Shown: positions 61,101 to 64,000 of the stretch, piece after piece
Layout of the letters: the number at the start of each line of letters is the position of its first letter
Numbering within the stretch: the stretch's first letter is position 1
Assembly (NCBI RefSeq): GCF_006345805.1
Contig: NC_043002.1
Location: 68,014,001-68,078,000 of the forward strand
Direction of reading: 5' to 3'
Origin: Octopus sinensis
Taxonomy: Eukaryota
DNA length: 64,000 nucleotides
The notes under the pieces: model-generated
What the model saw: only the letters and a program-made list of their open reading frames with translations
Told to the model about the DNA's origin: nothing
Databases searched by the model: none
Translations under genes and position numbers: made by a program

Positions 61101-63187
61101 TATATATATATATAGTTTTCATTTTGGTTGTTTGTGTGTGTATTTCTGTGTGTCTTTCAACATATAGACAATGCAACACAGCCTCTAAAACAAGACTTTC
61201 ACTATAATGACAGGTTGTTGTTCTTGTTTTTGTTGAACAGAAAATATAGTGAGAGAGAGTGAGAGACAGAAAGAGAGAATGAAATAGATAGATAGAGAGA
61301 GAGAGAGACAGAGACAGAGAGAGAGCAATAGAATTAAAATCTATTTCAAGACAAAAAACAAACAGGTTGTTGTTGAGCATATCAATGTAATCATTGTAGT
61401 AGGCTTCTGCAGAACTATTTATTTCATCTTGGCAGCATAGCGATGAATGACTAATTACGATAACTGCAACAAAATAATTACTTATTTTTGAACTGGAGAG
61501 AGGAGGGATCGAATCAACTAGGACGATCCCAGTATTTCACTGGCACTTTATTCTATGGACCCCAGACAGATAAAAGACAAAGTTGATCTCAGTGGGATTT
61601 GAACAAGTTTCATTCCTTTGTTGGTGAACTTGCAAAGTGAAAATTGTCAAAAAAGTTATTTTTTCACCTGGAAAACAATAGAGGCCTCTAAATATTATTT
61701 TATGCCTTGTACATTGTCAATATTTTTATCATTGACAGATCAGTTCTCAAATTGAAGAAGCTCAGCAGAAGTTTCTTCTACTACACATCTTGACCTCATT
61801 GGGGCCCTTTGAATGTTGATTTTTTTTTCCACTCATGAAAAGGTTCATATTTGAAAGGACAATAACTCGAAAATAAAGGGAGACAGAGCAATTCCAATAG
61901 TAGATTCTGACAGGCTGGGTTCAAATTCAGTCAAATACGATTAGTTTTAAAGATATTCAGCACCAAAATCTGTATAAATTGATATCCGCGCTCCACATGG
62001 GTCGTGGCTCTCAAATTTTGGTGGGGCATATCTTTGGAACCCTTAAGAGTTGATTCCTAAAATTATGCACTTGTTCCTTATGCATATAGAGGTATTACCA
62101 AAAAAAAAAAAAAAAAATTGAGCCAAATCTGAGTTGGTCAAGTGCAAAATGTTTCTAACCGGTAGAATCCATATGGAATGACCCTAACGTTTAAAGATTC
62201 TGTCAACTCGATTTTTAACACAGATACAAACGTACAAATTTTAAGGGTGGGCATGGTCGCAAACATCGACATCGTTATTTGAAGTAGCCTTTACGTGGTG
62301 CTGTCTCTCTTTCGAAAACAACAAAACGGCATTATTTCATCCACCCGCAAAATACGAAATCGAAGTCAACTTGTCGAAATTTAGGGTTGAAAAATAAAGG
62401 GACATAACTACAATATTTTAATTGTTATTGTCCCTACGTAGAAATTGTCTGCAGGAATCCAGGAGAAAAGTTACAACAAATTAGTCAACTGATTCAGTAG
62501 TGTATTGTTTTTTAACGATTTCATTGCTTTATTTAAGAAATGGAACAAAATGTGCCTCACCACCGCCACATATGTTTATTGCCATATGAATTGTGTTATT
62601 GTATAAAAGTCATGTTAAATAAGTGACTTTGTTTTATTTCTTTAACAATGATTAATTATAAAACTATTAAATAACATGGTTTGGGAAAGTAAATGGATAA
62701 CAGTTGAAATTAATTCAAAACAAAAGCAAAGAAACAAATAAAATGTTAGGTAACTGAATTATTTGTATAATAGCTTTACAGTAAAAATGAATTAAAAAAC
62801 AAATAAATAAAATGTTAGATAATTAAATCATTTGTATAATGACTTATTTATAGTATTTAAATAATATATGACATTTTTCTCTGTGACATTTTATTCTGAC
62901 AAAAGTGGTGATCTTTCTTTTGTGACTTTTTTCCTAGTATAGAATACACCTTAATAAATATTATAATTACAAAATGACATAATTTTTTTTAAATTACTAA
63001 AAGAAAATGAACTAATGAAATATTCCGGACCACTCAACAATTTTGGCAACACAATTTATCCAATCTTTTGAGAAATGGGAAGCAAAAAACAAACAAAAAA
63101 AAAACTAGCAAAATGCTATAGAAACGAACCAAAACGTATTTTGCATAACTTTATTAGTATTAACTATTATTATTACTTTTTTTTTTA

Positions 63188-63565
63188 CAGGCATGGCTGT
63201 GTTGTAAAAAGCTTGCTTCCCAACCACACGGTTCCTGGTTCAGTCCCACTGCGTGGCACCTTGGGCAAGTGTCTTCTATTATAGTCTCAGGCTAGCCCAA
63301 AGCCTTGTGAGTGGATTTGGTAGACGGAAACTGAAAGAAGTCCGTCGCGCGATTGCGTGCGTGCGTGTGTGTGTTAATCAGCTCACCATCGCTTGACAAC
63401 CGATGTTGATGTAATTACGTCCCCGTAACTTAGCGGTTCTGCAAAAGAGGCTGATAGAATAAGTACTAGGCTTACAAAGAATAAGTCCTGGGGTCGATTT
63501 GCTCGACTAAAGGCGGTGCTCCAGCATGGCTGCAGCCAAATGATTGAAACAAGTAAAAGAATGAA
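63188..63565 (+). mobile_element. Family B SINE (CpG-intact)
   Basis: Near-consensus; central tract reads cgcgcgattgcgtgcgtgcgtg. Confidence 0.88.
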
Positions 63566-63849
63566 AAAAAAAAATTCCAGAAATAGAATTAATTTTAATT
63601 TGTTTGTCTGGTAGCTTTAAAAAAAAGTTGTCTTGACAGCCAGAAAGTAGATAAAAGAAAATATTTCAGTTGAGACTACTAGATGATTTCTTGCTATTTC
63701 CATACAAAATTTGGAGAAATTACTAAAACATGATCTAGCTTTCAATTTAAATGAAATAGAAACAGAACAAAGCATATTTTGCTTAACTTTATTATTCTGC
63801 TTTATACGATTCTGCTGACCCCACCATCACTTTTCCCCCCATATATTAA

Positions 63850-64000
63850 TAATCCTTTCTACTATAGGCAAAAGGTCTGGATTTTGAGGGGAGGGGATTA
63901 AGTCGATTACATCGACCCTAGTACTCAACTGGTACTTGATTTATCGAACCCGAAAGGATGAAAGACAAAGTCGACCTCGGTGGAATTTGAACTCAGAACA
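63850..64000 (-). mobile_element. Family A SINE, alternative-tail variant (runs off window)
   Basis: Central domain plus ...tgcctatagtagaaagg tail. Confidence 0.78.

Overview
Eukaryotic, AT-rich, repeat-saturated genomic DNA. The SINE/LINE families and dense microsatellites point to a coleoid cephalopod, most likely Octopus (inference; no database search was run). One complete protein-coding gene can be assembled on the minus strand: a 5-coding-exon SLC46-family (PCFT/HCP1-like) MFS transporter. Its CDS is 23235-22428, 19864-19622, 16198-16115, 10245-10089 and 6229-6148 (1374 nt, 457 aa), with all GT-AG junctions phase-consistent. The rest is mostly mobile-element debris: at least four tRNA-derived SINE families; RTE, CR1, R4/Dong and Penelope-like retroelement fragments; and Tc1/mariner (DD37D, DD41D, mariner, pogo-like), hAT-like, piggyBac-like and Helitron-like DNA elements. 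Almost all ORFs in the supplied track are microsatellite or TE artefacts. The most notable unexplained signals are (i) several unrelated short repeats that each carry a minimal type I hammerhead ribozyme fold with a palindromic stem III, near a Penelope GIY-YIG remnant and a near-perfect 420-bp palindrome, and (ii) a ~590-bp non-tRNA element with a fixed 5' end that sits only within (AAT)n arrays next to R4/Dong LINE remnants. Repeat boundaries are approximate unless a TSD or TIR is quoted.
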